Part shown: piece after piece, positions 30,941 to 40,578 of the stretch
Layout: every line of letters starts with the position of its first letter
How positions within the stretch are numbered: position 1 is the first letter of the stretch
NCBI GenBank assembly: GCA_903916255.1
Contig: CAIWVW010000143.1
Span: 12,589-76,588, forward strand
Length of the DNA: 64,000 nt
Reading direction: 5' to 3'
Source: an uncultured Bacteroidota bacterium
GTDB lineage: Bacteria > Bacteroidota > Bacteroidia > JABEUT01
Made by a program: the position numbers and the translations under genes
The notes under the pieces: model-generated
What the model was told of the DNA's origin: nothing
Databases searched by the model: none
What the model saw: only the letters and a program-made list of their open reading frames with translations

Positions 30941-32071
30941 TCAGAATATTTTTCGGTATGTTATAAATTTTTTATAAGGTACCACCTGCAACAGGGCTAC
31001 CAGCAAGTGAATCATCTTTTCGTTAAAATCGCCAATCCAGTTGATTAAAATGCGGTCATAGTTTTTTTTGGGTTGAATTACTTTACCCAATTCGGTAAAT
31101 ATTCCCGCTTCAAGCCCCTTGCCCTGATATTCGGGCACTATACCAAAAACGATACCCATGGTTGCTCGCGGGGGTTTAGTTTTCAGGTACCAAAATGTTT
31201 TCAATTTACCCAGCCAGTTTAAATCGCCTTTCACATATTTGAATACCTCATTCAATTCAGGAATAGAAATATAAACACCAACCGGTTTATCATTATGATA
31301 AACATACCAGCATGTATCTTCATCAATAATGGGTTTCATCTTGTTCATTATTTCCAGCGCGCGCGCGCTGGTCATCTCTTCAAAATCGCTCCGTTCGGCC
31401 TTCCAGGCTTTGTTATAAATCGTGCGGAAGTCTTCCGCAAACTTTACCCCCTGGTTCTTTTTTATTCGTTCAAAACGGTATTCTTTATTTCGCGTAACCC
31501 TTTCTGCAACCGCATTCAGGCGCGGATGAGGCGGGTCGGCAGCACTGCGGAAATAAACTATTTGTTCATAGAATTTGGCAAATCCATATTCCTCAAAAAG
31601 AGTTTTATAATAATCGGGATTATGGTTCATGGTATAAATGGCGGGCTTATCCGCACCTTCGGATAATAGCCCCCAATAGCGGTCTTTTTCACCAAAATTA
31701 ATAGGGCCGTCCATGGCTTTCATGCCATGCTCAATTAACCAATCTTTACATTTATCGAACAATATAAATGCCGCATTTTTATCGTTTATGCACTCAAAGA
31801 AACCCATTCCGCCTGTTGGCTGCTCAAAAGTAAAAGCCGTTTTATTATTTATAAAGGCTGCAACGCGACCTATGGGTTCATTCTTGTCATTATATAAAAC
31901 CCATCTTATAGCATCACTATGCGAAAAATAGGGATTCGTTTTTCTATTGAATACTTCCTCCACTTCCTGTTTAATATGAGATATCCAGTTTGGGTCTCCT
32001 TTATATATTTTAAAAGGAAGTTTATGGAAATCGCTAATCGTTTTGGTATCCTTAACTTCTGCTAAATGCAT
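30941..32071 (-). CDS. Tandem-GNAT-fold acyltransferase, YghO/bacterial ceramide synthase-like family
   Basis: GRVAAFIN, GFFECIND, GPINFGE...WGLL, NHNPDYY, GIVPEYQGKGLE acyl-CoA motif. Confidence 0.6.
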   Translation of the reverse strand: MHLAEVKDTKTISDFHKLPFKIYKGDPNWISHIKQEVEEVFNRKTNPYFSHSDAIRWVLYNDKNEPIGRVAAFINNKTAFTFEQPTGGMGFFECINDKNAAFILFDKCKDWLIEHGMKAMDGPINFGEKDRYWGLLSEGADKPAIYTMNHNPDYYKTLFEEYGFAKFYEQIVYFRSAADPPHPRLNAVAERVTRNKEYRFERIKKNQGVKFAEDFRTIYNKAWKAERSDFEEMTSARALEIMNKMKPIIDEDTCWYVYHNDKPVGVYISIPELNEVFKYVKGDLNWLGKLKTFWYLKTKPPRATMGIVFGIVPEYQGKGLEAGIFTELGKVIQPKKNYDRILINWIGDFNEKMIHLLVALLQVVPYKKFITYRKIF

Positions 32072-32082
32072 ATGTCCGCGCT

Positions 32083-32586
32083 TTAATCTTTTAAAATTAC
32101 CGATTCTTTGCCTTTCGTTTTTAAATTTACCTGTATATGTTCCTGCAAGGTGGTTGCAATAGATAGGCCCGTATAGTCTGACTTAATGGGGAACAACGTA
32201 TGATTGCGGTCAACCAGCACAGCTATCCGTAAACGCCTAACCGGAAACTGCAAAATAGTTTTCATACAATAGGAAAGCATTTGTCCGGTATTTAAAACGT
32301 CATCCACAAGGATAACGGTCTTCCCCGCAAGGTTCACGTTACTATCTAATTTAATAGCGCCTTCGCCGGTTAATTTATTTCTATCCACAGTTACCTTCAT
32401 CATTGTAGTTTTTAAAGGCGATATTTTTTTCAGTACTGTTTCCAGTTTTTGGGCCAGTTCATATCCGCCGGAAACGGTACCTGCCAGAACAACCTCCTTT
32501 TCCGAGGCATTTTCCTCGTATATCTCATATGCAATACGTGTTATCTTTTTATTTATCTGGGCAGCATTCAATATTGAAGTCTCCAT
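32083..32586 (-). CDS. Type I phosphoribosyltransferase, PyrR-like
   Basis: RIAYEIYE, VILVDDVLNTG PRPP loop, AVLVDRNHTLFPIKSDYTG. Confidence 0.85.
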   Translation of the reverse strand: METSILNAAQINKKITRIAYEIYEENASEKEVVLAGTVSGGYELAQKLETVLKKISPLKTTMMKVTVDRNKLTGEGAIKLDSNVNLAGKTVILVDDVLNTGQMLSYCMKTILQFPVRRLRIAVLVDRNHTLFPIKSDYTGLSIATTLQEHIQVNLKTKGKESVILKD

Positions 32587-32674
32587 TTTCCTTAATTTTT
32601 GCCAAAGGTAAAAAACAAGGGGGAAATAAAGGCTAAAAGAGGGTTTAAAATTGAGAATTAAGGGCTAATATTCC

Positions 32675-33811
32675 TTACGGTTCAGTTTTAACCGCCTCAA
32701 ACCGGTTTTTAAGCCTGAGGAATGGGCTTTCAAAGAAGCGGAACGAAATAACTGAAACTATAATGGTGAATCCAAAAGTCAGCAGGAAATAGACTATATT
32801 CATGTATATGCCCGATAGGTCGTGGCCAAATATTTTTTCGGTAAGGGTGAGGCATAAAATCCTGAATATGGCGCCATATAAATACATTCCATAGGATATT
32901 TTACCCAGGTAATTCATCCATTTATAATTAAGCCTTAAAATAGATTTGGGATTAGCCGCAAGGTTAATAATAACGAAACAGAACAACACCGAATAAAACT
33001 CAAATTCAATGTAGGGAATTCGGACATTCAAGCATACAAGCAAAAGTATAAGCATATAAACAGCCCACTGAATATCGCGCCTGAACAGGAAAGGAAGGAT
33101 TTTCTTTTTATCGGAAACCACCAGCGAAGCACCTATGCCGCCTATAGCCATACAACTTAACCGGTAGAAAGAAATTATTTTTTGAAAATGCCTGAACCAA
33201 GGAGAAAGGTGCAGTACCCGGCACATCACAAAGTAACCGTTGCGGAACAATATCACTGCTACTGTAATAATTATAAATAGTTGTATATATTTTTTGGTTC
33301 TTTTTAATATTAACGGTTCAAAAATATAGAACACCTCCTCTACCCTCACCGACCAGGTAGCTCCTATTGCACGCATTTTCATTCCATAGGGTGGCAAAAA
33401 GAGTATACACAGAATAAAGTCGAAATATTTATAGGGCGAATCAAGCTGCAATTCATCAATCCCCCATAATCTCCCTAAGTATGGAAACAGGAAAAAACCC
33501 AACAGGATAATAAGGAAATAGAGCGGCCATATCCTTAAACACCTGCGGGTATAATATTTCCGGATGTTAATGTTGCCTGTATCTTCTTTTTCCTTCAGCA
33601 ATAAATAACCTATAAGGAAACCGCTTAATACAAAAAATAATGAAACATCCACTCCGCCAAGGGGCAGGTAGTGTTTCACCCAGGCAATCGGCTCCTTTCC
33701 GCTGGTCACCTTCAATTCTTCCATATGAAGGACAAGGATAATAAATGAACCAACAAACCTCAGCCCATCGAGGTTTGGGAAATGCACTTTGCCTTTTACC
33801 GGTTCATTCAT
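32675..33811 (-). CDS. Acyltransferase family 3 (AT3/OafA-like), paralog A
   Basis: FPNLDGLRF, VSLFFVLSGFLI, RRCLRIWPLYF, WSVRVEEVFY, LGKISYGMYLY, FESPF; many TM segments. Confidence 0.93.
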   Translation of the reverse strand: MNEPVKGKVHFPNLDGLRFVGSFIILVLHMEELKVTSGKEPIAWVKHYLPLGGVDVSLFFVLSGFLIGYLLLKEKEDTGNINIRKYYTRRCLRIWPLYFLIILLGFFLFPYLGRLWGIDELQLDSPYKYFDFILCILFLPPYGMKMRAIGATWSVRVEEVFYIFEPLILKRTKKYIQLFIIITVAVILFRNGYFVMCRVLHLSPWFRHFQKIISFYRLSCMAIGGIGASLVVSDKKKILPFLFRRDIQWAVYMLILLLVCLNVRIPYIEFEFYSVLFCFVIINLAANPKSILRLNYKWMNYLGKISYGMYLYGAIFRILCLTLTEKIFGHDLSGIYMNIVYFLLTFGFTIIVSVISFRFFESPFLRLKNRFEAVKTEP

Positions 33812-33839
33812 ACCTTGACAAAACTACTAAAAACAGTAA

Positions 33840-34931
33840 ATGCAAGCCGAAGAAGTGAATATGAATATATTTGTCGCGTTATTTTCAATAATGCAACCAA
33901 GCAAACCTATTTCGGCGGAAGAAATAAAAAAGATTGGCTCCATACCTATGAACTTTGTGGTAGGTAAGGAACGTTCAGGCACTACCCTATTGCAGGTAAT
34001 GTTGAATACACACCCTAACATTATTGCTCCGCCTGAAACAAGGTTCCTCATGCTGCTTTCATCACGTTACGGCAAAGTAAAAAAATGGACCGAGCCTATA
34101 ATAACGAATTTCTGCAATGACCTTTTCCGGGAGAAATTATTTTCTAACTTCTGGAAAGTGAATAAAGAAGAATTGCGCAGGTATTGTATGGCAGCAAAGG
34201 ATTTTATAACCTATCCGCTTATATGCAAAATAGTTTTTTACCTTGAAAATCCGCAAAAAACGGTTCAGTTATTTTTTGATAAAAATCCTATTTATTATTA
34301 TTTTCTGCCGGAGCTGAATGAACTGTTTCCTGAAGCAAAATATATCCACATTGTACGTGATTACAGGGCAAATATTGTGAGCCACCGCCATGTATTTACC
34401 ATTAAACAAAGCGCCGATATTTCTTTCAGATGGACCAAAGTGAACCAGCTTATTGAAAAAGCCAAAAGCATATATCCGCAAAAATTCTTCACGCTGAAAT
34501 ATGAAGCGCTGGTGAGTGATACCGCCAATAGTCTGCAAGAAGTTTGTACTTTTTTAGGAGTGCCTTTTGAAGAAAAAATGGCTGCGGAACATACTTCCGG
34601 CATTTACGATACATTCAATTCTAACATAAAAGAAGGATTCCGTAAAATTCATGGCAATGTTTTCAAGCCGATCACTTCATCCTATGTGGATGAATGGAGA
34701 ACAACGCTTACCCCGGAAGATATTTATACGGCTGAAAGCGTAGCAGGAAAATATGCCGAAAAAATGTATGATTACGAAATGACCATGCCTGAAAAATCAG
34801 CATCCATAGGCTCTTCGGTCACTACTAAAATGAAATTGAAATACTTTATAATCCGGAAAATATACCGGGTAGCATTGAAAAATCCCTGGCTTTATTTTAA
34901 AATTCGGACCTATGTCTGGAGGTCGTTTTAG
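33840..34931 (+). CDS. PAPS-dependent sulfotransferase (Sulfotransfer_3-like), paralog A
   Basis: 5'-PSB VVGKERSGTTLL, HPNI, DKNP, 3'-PB HIVRDYRANIVS, LKYEALV. Confidence 0.92.
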   Translation: MQAEEVNMNIFVALFSIMQPSKPISAEEIKKIGSIPMNFVVGKERSGTTLLQVMLNTHPNIIAPPETRFLMLLSSRYGKVKKWTEPIITNFCNDLFREKLFSNFWKVNKEELRRYCMAAKDFITYPLICKIVFYLENPQKTVQLFFDKNPIYYYFLPELNELFPEAKYIHIVRDYRANIVSHRHVFTIKQSADISFRWTKVNQLIEKAKSIYPQKFFTLKYEALVSDTANSLQEVCTFLGVPFEEKMAAEHTSGIYDTFNSNIKEGFRKIHGNVFKPITSSYVDEWRTTLTPEDIYTAESVAGKYAEKMYDYEMTMPEKSASIGSSVTTKMKLKYFIIRKIYRVALKNPWLYFKIRTYVWRSF

Positions 34932-35686
34932 CCAATCCTGAAAAGGTTATATACCGGTTTCATCACATAAATTACACCCAAAATAAAACCAAATAAAATG
35001 GTTTTTACAAACACGGGCATTTTGGCAATCACATTAATTTTATGATACAGATATGAAACATGCCTTGTGAGTATAAAAGCGCAAACTAAATTCTTTTGCT
35101 TTAAAAATTCGGGCCTGATAAAATCCATAATAATAACGATGCGCCGCTTGTCCGTATCGTTCCAGGCACCATGTTTGTATGCATCATTAAATATTATCCA
35201 CTTGCCTTCTTCCCAGTTTTTCTTTTCAGCATTCACAATAAGCCCGCAATCGGGGAGCTTACCGGGTATTTCAACGCCAAGATGGCAACGGAGCATCGCG
35301 TTGGTATCTCCGGTATGTTCCGCTAATGTAGAATGTGGCGCCAATTGACTGATTGAAAGTGAAACATAACCGGGAACTTGCTTTAGGTAAGCAGCCGTTT
35401 TAGGACACTTCTTTTTAAATTCATTGGAAAGTTTCAGGCCCCAAAAAAGGAAGACAATAACACTCCATCCATTATTAATATCGATGTTTTCATATACGGC
35501 CTTATTAGAAAGGAATTTACTATCCTTTTCCTTTACAAAAGAGGCAACCTCCCCTTTCAGTTCATCCCACTGATTTTCTATTTCAACAAGTGGTTGATAG
35601 TGCTTAGTATCGTAGAACCAAGGCTCATTTCCGGGATAGGGGCGCATGCTGGATGCATACCAAATATGGTTCTTATTCTCCGGCAT
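34928..35686 (-). CDS. Aspartyl/asparaginyl beta-hydroxylase (AspH/LpxO superfamily) Fe(II)/2OG oxygenase
   Basis: CPKT, HTGDTNAMLRCHLGVEIP, WEEGKWIIFNDAYKHGAWN...RRIVIIMD. Confidence 0.9.
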   Translation of the reverse strand: MPENKNHIWYASSMRPYPGNEPWFYDTKHYQPLVEIENQWDELKGEVASFVKEKDSKFLSNKAVYENIDINNGWSVIVFLFWGLKLSNEFKKKCPKTAAYLKQVPGYVSLSISQLAPHSTLAEHTGDTNAMLRCHLGVEIPGKLPDCGLIVNAEKKNWEEGKWIIFNDAYKHGAWNDTDKRRIVIIMDFIRPEFLKQKNLVCAFILTRHVSYLYHKINVIAKMPVFVKTILFGFILGVIYVMKPVYNLFRIG

Positions 35687-35692
35687 ATGTTT

Positions 35693-36787
35693 TTATGCAG
35701 GATTCGGTTTAGCTTTCAGTACTTGCTCTTTTTCCGATTTTTCTTTCATGTAATTTTTCAGCTCGCCTGCTTCAGCCAGGTGAATGAGATTACTGTCTTT
35801 TTTGAGCAGTTTATAATACTTCCAGATAGGTGGATGGAAAGCGCACATATCCAAAAACATATAAAAAGGAGTCAGCTTTAAAGCGTATAACGGCGCGGCC
35901 CAGCGATAGCCCATACCAATGGCATCGGTCGGGTTTTTAATAGCATGCCAGTAGTGAGGGGGATTCCAAAGAATATCACCCGGTTTCAGGTCAGCTGAAT
36001 ATCCGTCGATATATTTATACAATTCATACGGAGGGCTGTAATCAGGGGCAAAGGGGTCGAATGGCAAACCGTTCTTACGGTTAGGAGCATTGCGGTAAAT
36101 ATTCCGAACCGGATTCGGGTCAATAACCATGGTATAATACTGGGGGTATAAAATCCAATTCTTTTCTCCCCACACCTGTATGAAAAGATTTGGCGGATTA
36201 GCATTGTGCAGAAAAGAGCCACCTCCCTTACCACCAATGAAAACCTGAAAACAATCGAAAAAAGAAAACTTGTTTATTTTATCATGCAGCCATTTATAAT
36301 CCACGTCCTTAATATGCTCGGGATGCTTATCCAGCAAAGGATAAAAACGAAAATATTTCCCGCCACCAGCCTGTATATTCTCAATAACTTCGCGCAAGGT
36401 GCTGGCTTCATAATTTTTCATATTTTCCTGTGTAGCCATAAGGGCCTCATCATCTCCATGAAGTTCCTTGAAATAATCCAGCGACCATTTTTTCACACAA
36501 TCCCAATCTTTGGCTGCGCCATCAAAAATTACCGGAATGCCTTTCTTTACATAATAATTCAGGAACTCTTCTTTGGTTAAATCAGAACGCCTTTCCATCG
36601 GAATAATTTTTCCTTCGCCGCTTGCTTTAAGGGTTTTTGTAAGGTTCTGATAAAATCTCCTCCTGCGTTTGCCAAGCACTTTGAAAACCCTGTCTCTGCC
36701 GAAAAAATGGTCCATAAACTGGTAAAACCCATATTCCAGCCGCTGACTTGCTTTAATGTTTCTTCTGAATGGAGTTGCTCTACTCAT
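35693..36787 (-). CDS. JmjC/cupin_8 Fe(II)/2OG enzyme, H-x-A variant (candidate halogenase)
   Basis: GIPVIFDGAAKDW...KWS; LHNANPPNLFIQVWGEK; LKPGDILWNPPHYWHAIKN. Confidence 0.9.
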   Translation of the reverse strand: MSRATPFRRNIKASQRLEYGFYQFMDHFFGRDRVFKVLGKRRRRFYQNLTKTLKASGEGKIIPMERRSDLTKEEFLNYYVKKGIPVIFDGAAKDWDCVKKWSLDYFKELHGDDEALMATQENMKNYEASTLREVIENIQAGGGKYFRFYPLLDKHPEHIKDVDYKWLHDKINKFSFFDCFQVFIGGKGGGSFLHNANPPNLFIQVWGEKNWILYPQYYTMVIDPNPVRNIYRNAPNRKNGLPFDPFAPDYSPPYELYKYIDGYSADLKPGDILWNPPHYWHAIKNPTDAIGMGYRWAAPLYALKLTPFYMFLDMCAFHPPIWKYYKLLKKDSNLIHLAEAGELKNYMKEKSEKEQVLKAKPNPA

Positions 36788-36806
36788 GATTTACTTTTAT
36801 AAAATA

Positions 36807-37895
36807 TTAAACAGAACTAACTTCTAAGTTTTTAATTTTTTGCTGTTTTTCCTGTTCTTCCTTTTCTTTCAGATAGCCGTCCAACTTGCCCGATTCGGCC
36901 AAGCGAACAAGGTTAGTATCTTCAATATATAATTTGGCCGATTTGAATATAGATGGGTTCCTCACGAACAAGTCCAGGAAGGCATACAGGGGCGCTAATT
37001 TCAACGCGTATGGATATGCTACCCAACGATATCCCACACTAATGGAATCAGTTGTATTTTCTACCGTGTGCCACGAAAAATTCGGGTTAAATAGAATATC
37101 ACCGGGTTTCAAGTCGGTTTCCAGCCAGTTGATATATTGGTATTCGGGATAGGTTTCAAAATCGGGCTTAAACGGATTAAAAAGTTCATTGCCTTTCACA
37201 GCAGGGCTTCGGTATAAGTGTTTTGCCGGGTCGGGATTAAGAACCATTGTATAATATTTCGGGTAAATAATCCATTTTTTTTCGCCATATACCTGAACAA
37301 AAAGATTGCACTGATTTTCCATATGAATAGGCGTAACCGAATTCATGCCGCCAATAAATACTTGCCATGCCTCAAACCATGTGTAAGGGTTTCTGCGCTC
37401 CAGCAGCCATTTGTAATCGAAATCTTTAATGTGCTCGGGGTGCCTGAACAGCAATGGATAGAAACGGTAATACTTTCCGCCACCCGAACGGATATTATCG
37501 ATTACTTCGCCCAGCGTAGTTGTTTCATAAAGTTCCTTTAGCTTATGGTTGGTAAGCGCAATTACGTCATTCCCGTGAAGTTCTTTAAAATATTCGGGAG
37601 ACCATTTCTTTACACAATCCCAATCATTGGCAGCGCCTTCCATAACAACAGGAATTCCTTTGGCCCGATAGTGGTTTTTAAATTCTTCCAGGCTCAGGTT
37701 TTTTCTTCGTTCCACCTGTATTGCATTTCCGCGGCCATTTTTTATCAAGTCGGCCATTAATTTTTCACGGGCGGCTTTCCGGCGTTTTCCCAAAATCATG
37801 TTTACCCTGCCTTTACCCAAAAACTGGTCGAGAAACTGAAAGACTCCGTATTCGAAGCTTTTAGGCGTAATAATATTTTTTTTAGGGTCAATCAT
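36807..37895 (-). CDS. JmjC/cupin_8 Fe(II)/2OG enzyme, H-x-E variant (probable hydroxylase)
   Basis: TPIHMENQCNLFVQVYGEKKW; LKPGDILFNPNFSWHTVEN. Confidence 0.9.
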   Translation of the reverse strand: MIDPKKNIITPKSFEYGVFQFLDQFLGKGRVNMILGKRRKAAREKLMADLIKNGRGNAIQVERRKNLSLEEFKNHYRAKGIPVVMEGAANDWDCVKKWSPEYFKELHGNDVIALTNHKLKELYETTTLGEVIDNIRSGGGKYYRFYPLLFRHPEHIKDFDYKWLLERRNPYTWFEAWQVFIGGMNSVTPIHMENQCNLFVQVYGEKKWIIYPKYYTMVLNPDPAKHLYRSPAVKGNELFNPFKPDFETYPEYQYINWLETDLKPGDILFNPNFSWHTVENTTDSISVGYRWVAYPYALKLAPLYAFLDLFVRNPSIFKSAKLYIEDTNLVRLAESGKLDGYLKEKEEQEKQQKIKNLEVSSV

Positions 37896-37903
37896 TACTT
37901 CCG

Positions 37904-38995
37904 CTATTTCATCGTTTCGGTTACCTTCACTTTAGGAATTACTATACGTCCTTCAGACTCTTTGCGGTATTTATCCAGTTTGCCCCGCTGGGCAATTAAA
38001 AGCACATTAATATCCTCTTTAAACAATTTAATAACCTTCCAAATGGGGGGTTTGGTTGAAACAAAATCGAGGAACATATAAAGCGGAGCGGTTCTAAACC
38101 CTACAAAAAGATTGAACCAGCGATAGCCCACACCTATCGAATTGCTGGTATTTACAACAGTATGCCAATAGAAGGTTGGGACCCACAATACATCGCCGGG
38201 TTTTAAAATAGTTTCGTAATGGTCGATATACTTGTATAATTCATAAGGTGCATCGTACTTGGGATTGAACGGATTAAATCCGCCACGCTCGGGTGTTACC
38301 TGCACGCTGCGGTAAGCAAAACGCACAGGCTTCGGGTCAAGTATAGAAGTATAATAGGGTGGGTATAAAATCCATTTCTTTTCACCGTAAGTTTGAACGA
38401 ATAAATTGCCGCGGTTTTCAATATGCAGGCCTGTTGTCGTATCCTTTCCGCCCATCATTACGCGGAACTCTTCTATCAGGGTATTTTTATTTCTTCTTTC
38501 GCGAAGCCAGCCGTAGTCAAAATCCTTTATATGTTCAGGATGCCTGCTAAGTAATGGATAAAAACGGTAATATTTTTTTCCGCCACCCTGAATATTATCC
38601 ATGATATCGGCAAGGGTCATTATTTCAAAGTTCTTTTTGTCTTTATCGTCCAGCATGGCCACTTCATCGGTTCCATGCAAATCTTTAAAATACTCGAAAG
38701 ACCATTTCTTTACACAATCCCAATCATTGGCAGCCCCTTCCATAATAACAGGGATGCCCTTTTTAAGGTAATTCTTACGAAAATCTTTTAATGAGAGGTC
38801 AGTCCTGCGTTCTATTTCAATAGCCTTTCCATCACCACTCTTTCGGAGTGTTTCTTGCAGCCGCTTATAGAAATTCTTTCTGCGACCACCTAAAAGCTTA
38901 ACCATACGTTCACGACCAAAGAATTGGTCAAGGACCTGATAAACGCCATATTCGAATCGCTGGCCAGGCTTAATATTTCTTTTGTAGGTTTCCAC
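37904..38995 (-). CDS. JmjC/cupin_8 Fe(II)/2OG enzyme, H-x-E variant (probable hydroxylase)
   Basis: TGLHIENRGNLFVQTYGEKKW; LKPGDVLWVPTFYWHTVVN; GTG start. Confidence 0.9.
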   Translation of the reverse strand: METYKRNIKPGQRFEYGVYQVLDQFFGRERMVKLLGGRRKNFYKRLQETLRKSGDGKAIEIERRTDLSLKDFRKNYLKKGIPVIMEGAANDWDCVKKWSFEYFKDLHGTDEVAMLDDKDKKNFEIMTLADIMDNIQGGGKKYYRFYPLLSRHPEHIKDFDYGWLRERRNKNTLIEEFRVMMGGKDTTTGLHIENRGNLFVQTYGEKKWILYPPYYTSILDPKPVRFAYRSVQVTPERGGFNPFNPKYDAPYELYKYIDHYETILKPGDVLWVPTFYWHTVVNTSNSIGVGYRWFNLFVGFRTAPLYMFLDFVSTKPPIWKVIKLFKEDINVLLIAQRGKLDKYRKESEGRIVIPKVKVTETMK

Positions 38996-39017
38996 TATCC
39001 TTGCCCTGTTTTACCTG

Positions 39018-39025
39018 CAAATATA
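39018..39025 (-). promoter_or_regulatory. Bacteroidota sigma-A -7 element for the JmjC x3/AspH operon
   Basis: TATATTTG (TAnnTTTG) on the minus strand, 22 nt upstream of the GTG at 38995. Confidence 0.6.
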
Positions 39026-39132
39026 GGAATTATTGGGTTTAGAGCCATCTGCTTACGGTGTAAGTTGATTATTTTATAGTTTTACCGACAATAAGCAGGA
39101 AAGTTAAATATTTCAAGGGTTTTGAAACAAAA

Positions 39133-40464
39133 ATGAGGTTTTTAGCAAATATTATTTCGAAATTCTTCAAAAGCGAGGAAGACCGGAAAAGATTGTATAA
39201 AATAGTTATACCATCTTTCATCATACACTTTTTCGCAGCCATACTCGCACTTACCTTTATGTTCATAATGACGCGGAGCCTTGGTTCAAAGCGTTATGGG
39301 CTGTTTACATATTCTTTCAGCATTGTTTTTATCATTGTTAATCTTGCCACCTATGGTATTTGCGTATTGGCCGTAAGGGAAACCCCTTCTTTACTGGCCA
39401 AAGGTAAAAAGGCACTTTGGAAAGGGTTGCACAAATGGTCGGTTAAGTTATTGGTGCTGATTTCCATGGCATTTGCGTTAGCAGTTGCCACTTTTATCAC
39501 AATTTCAACATTTTACCTGCATATTCTGAAAGAAACAGCCTATACCATCCCCTTGCTTTTGGCATTGTTAACTGTACCGTTTTATGGGTTAATGAATTAC
39601 TATGCTTCTATCCTTCGCGGACAGCAAAAAATTGTGCTTTCCTTATTGCCCGACAATATTGTAAAACCGGTTATTTTCCTGTCATCCATCGGGTTAATAT
39701 ATGCCATTACCCGGAAATTTACGCTGCCCGATGCTATCTTAATGAATGCCCTGTCGTTTGCCGGAGCAGCCGTTTTCGCCATGGTAGTATTTTATAAAAC
39801 CACCCTGCTGAAAGATACCGTTGCAGAATATGATAAACCACATTGGAGAAACTCCCTGAAACCTTTCTTTTTGTTTATGATTATAACCAGCATCAATTCA
39901 CGGATGGATATTCTTATGCTGGGTTTTTTAAAGGAATCTTCGCAGGTTGGTATTTACAGCGTGGCGGATATGATAGGCTCAAAGGTGACTTTATTTTTAC
40001 TGATAATGAACCAGGTTACAGCAGCCTCCATAGCCCGGATGCACAGCATGGATGAAAAAGAGAAGTTGCAAGACTTGGTTACCAAAACCAGCCGCTGGGT
40101 ATTTATCATTACTTTGCCAGTATTCCTTTTTATTGTAGTTTTCCGCAAATGGATAATGGCCTACTTTGGCGCTGATTTCGACAGCGGGCAAACAGCTTTG
40201 CTTATTATAGCCAGCGGACAAATAATTAATATCGCGTTCGGGCCGGTGGGCAATTTTGCTTTGATGACGGGCAATCAGCGGTATCCTATTATTTTCACTT
40301 CCATTAATATCGTTATTAATCTAACCCTGAATCTTATTCTTACCCCTACGTTGGGTATAAACGGAACAGCCATTGCAACAACTTGTGCCATAGTTACATG
40401 GAACACCGGTATGTTTTTAACCATACGCAAGAAAACGGGTATTCGCACCTGGATTTTCGGATAG
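39133..40464 (+). CDS. Wzx-like oligosaccharide flippase (MOP superfamily)
   Basis: Many TM segments; TRSLGSKRYGLF, DILMLGFL...VGIYSVA, LNLILTPTLGINGTAIAT. Confidence 0.9.
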   Translation: MRFLANIISKFFKSEEDRKRLYKIVIPSFIIHFFAAILALTFMFIMTRSLGSKRYGLFTYSFSIVFIIVNLATYGICVLAVRETPSLLAKGKKALWKGLHKWSVKLLVLISMAFALAVATFITISTFYLHILKETAYTIPLLLALLTVPFYGLMNYYASILRGQQKIVLSLLPDNIVKPVIFLSSIGLIYAITRKFTLPDAILMNALSFAGAAVFAMVVFYKTTLLKDTVAEYDKPHWRNSLKPFFLFMIITSINSRMDILMLGFLKESSQVGIYSVADMIGSKVTLFLLIMNQVTAASIARMHSMDEKEKLQDLVTKTSRWVFIITLPVFLFIVVFRKWIMAYFGADFDSGQTALLIIASGQIINIAFGPVGNFALMTGNQRYPIIFTSINIVINLTLNLILTPTLGINGTAIATTCAIVTWNTGMFLTIRKKTGIRTWIFG

Positions 40465-40578
40465 TAAATTTGCGGGATGCAATTTGCGGAACTGATTCCG
40501 GTGTAACAATTGAAATCACTCAATTCAGGATTTTGTATTATGTTTGAATGGTTATTACTATTTCATCTTTTTCAACCT

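Noticed and set aside
34928-35686. Calling the AspH-like protein a halogenase because of its H-x-G motif
   Set aside because: H-T-G with Asp four residues before the second His is the normal state of AspH hydroxylases, so it is not diagnostic.
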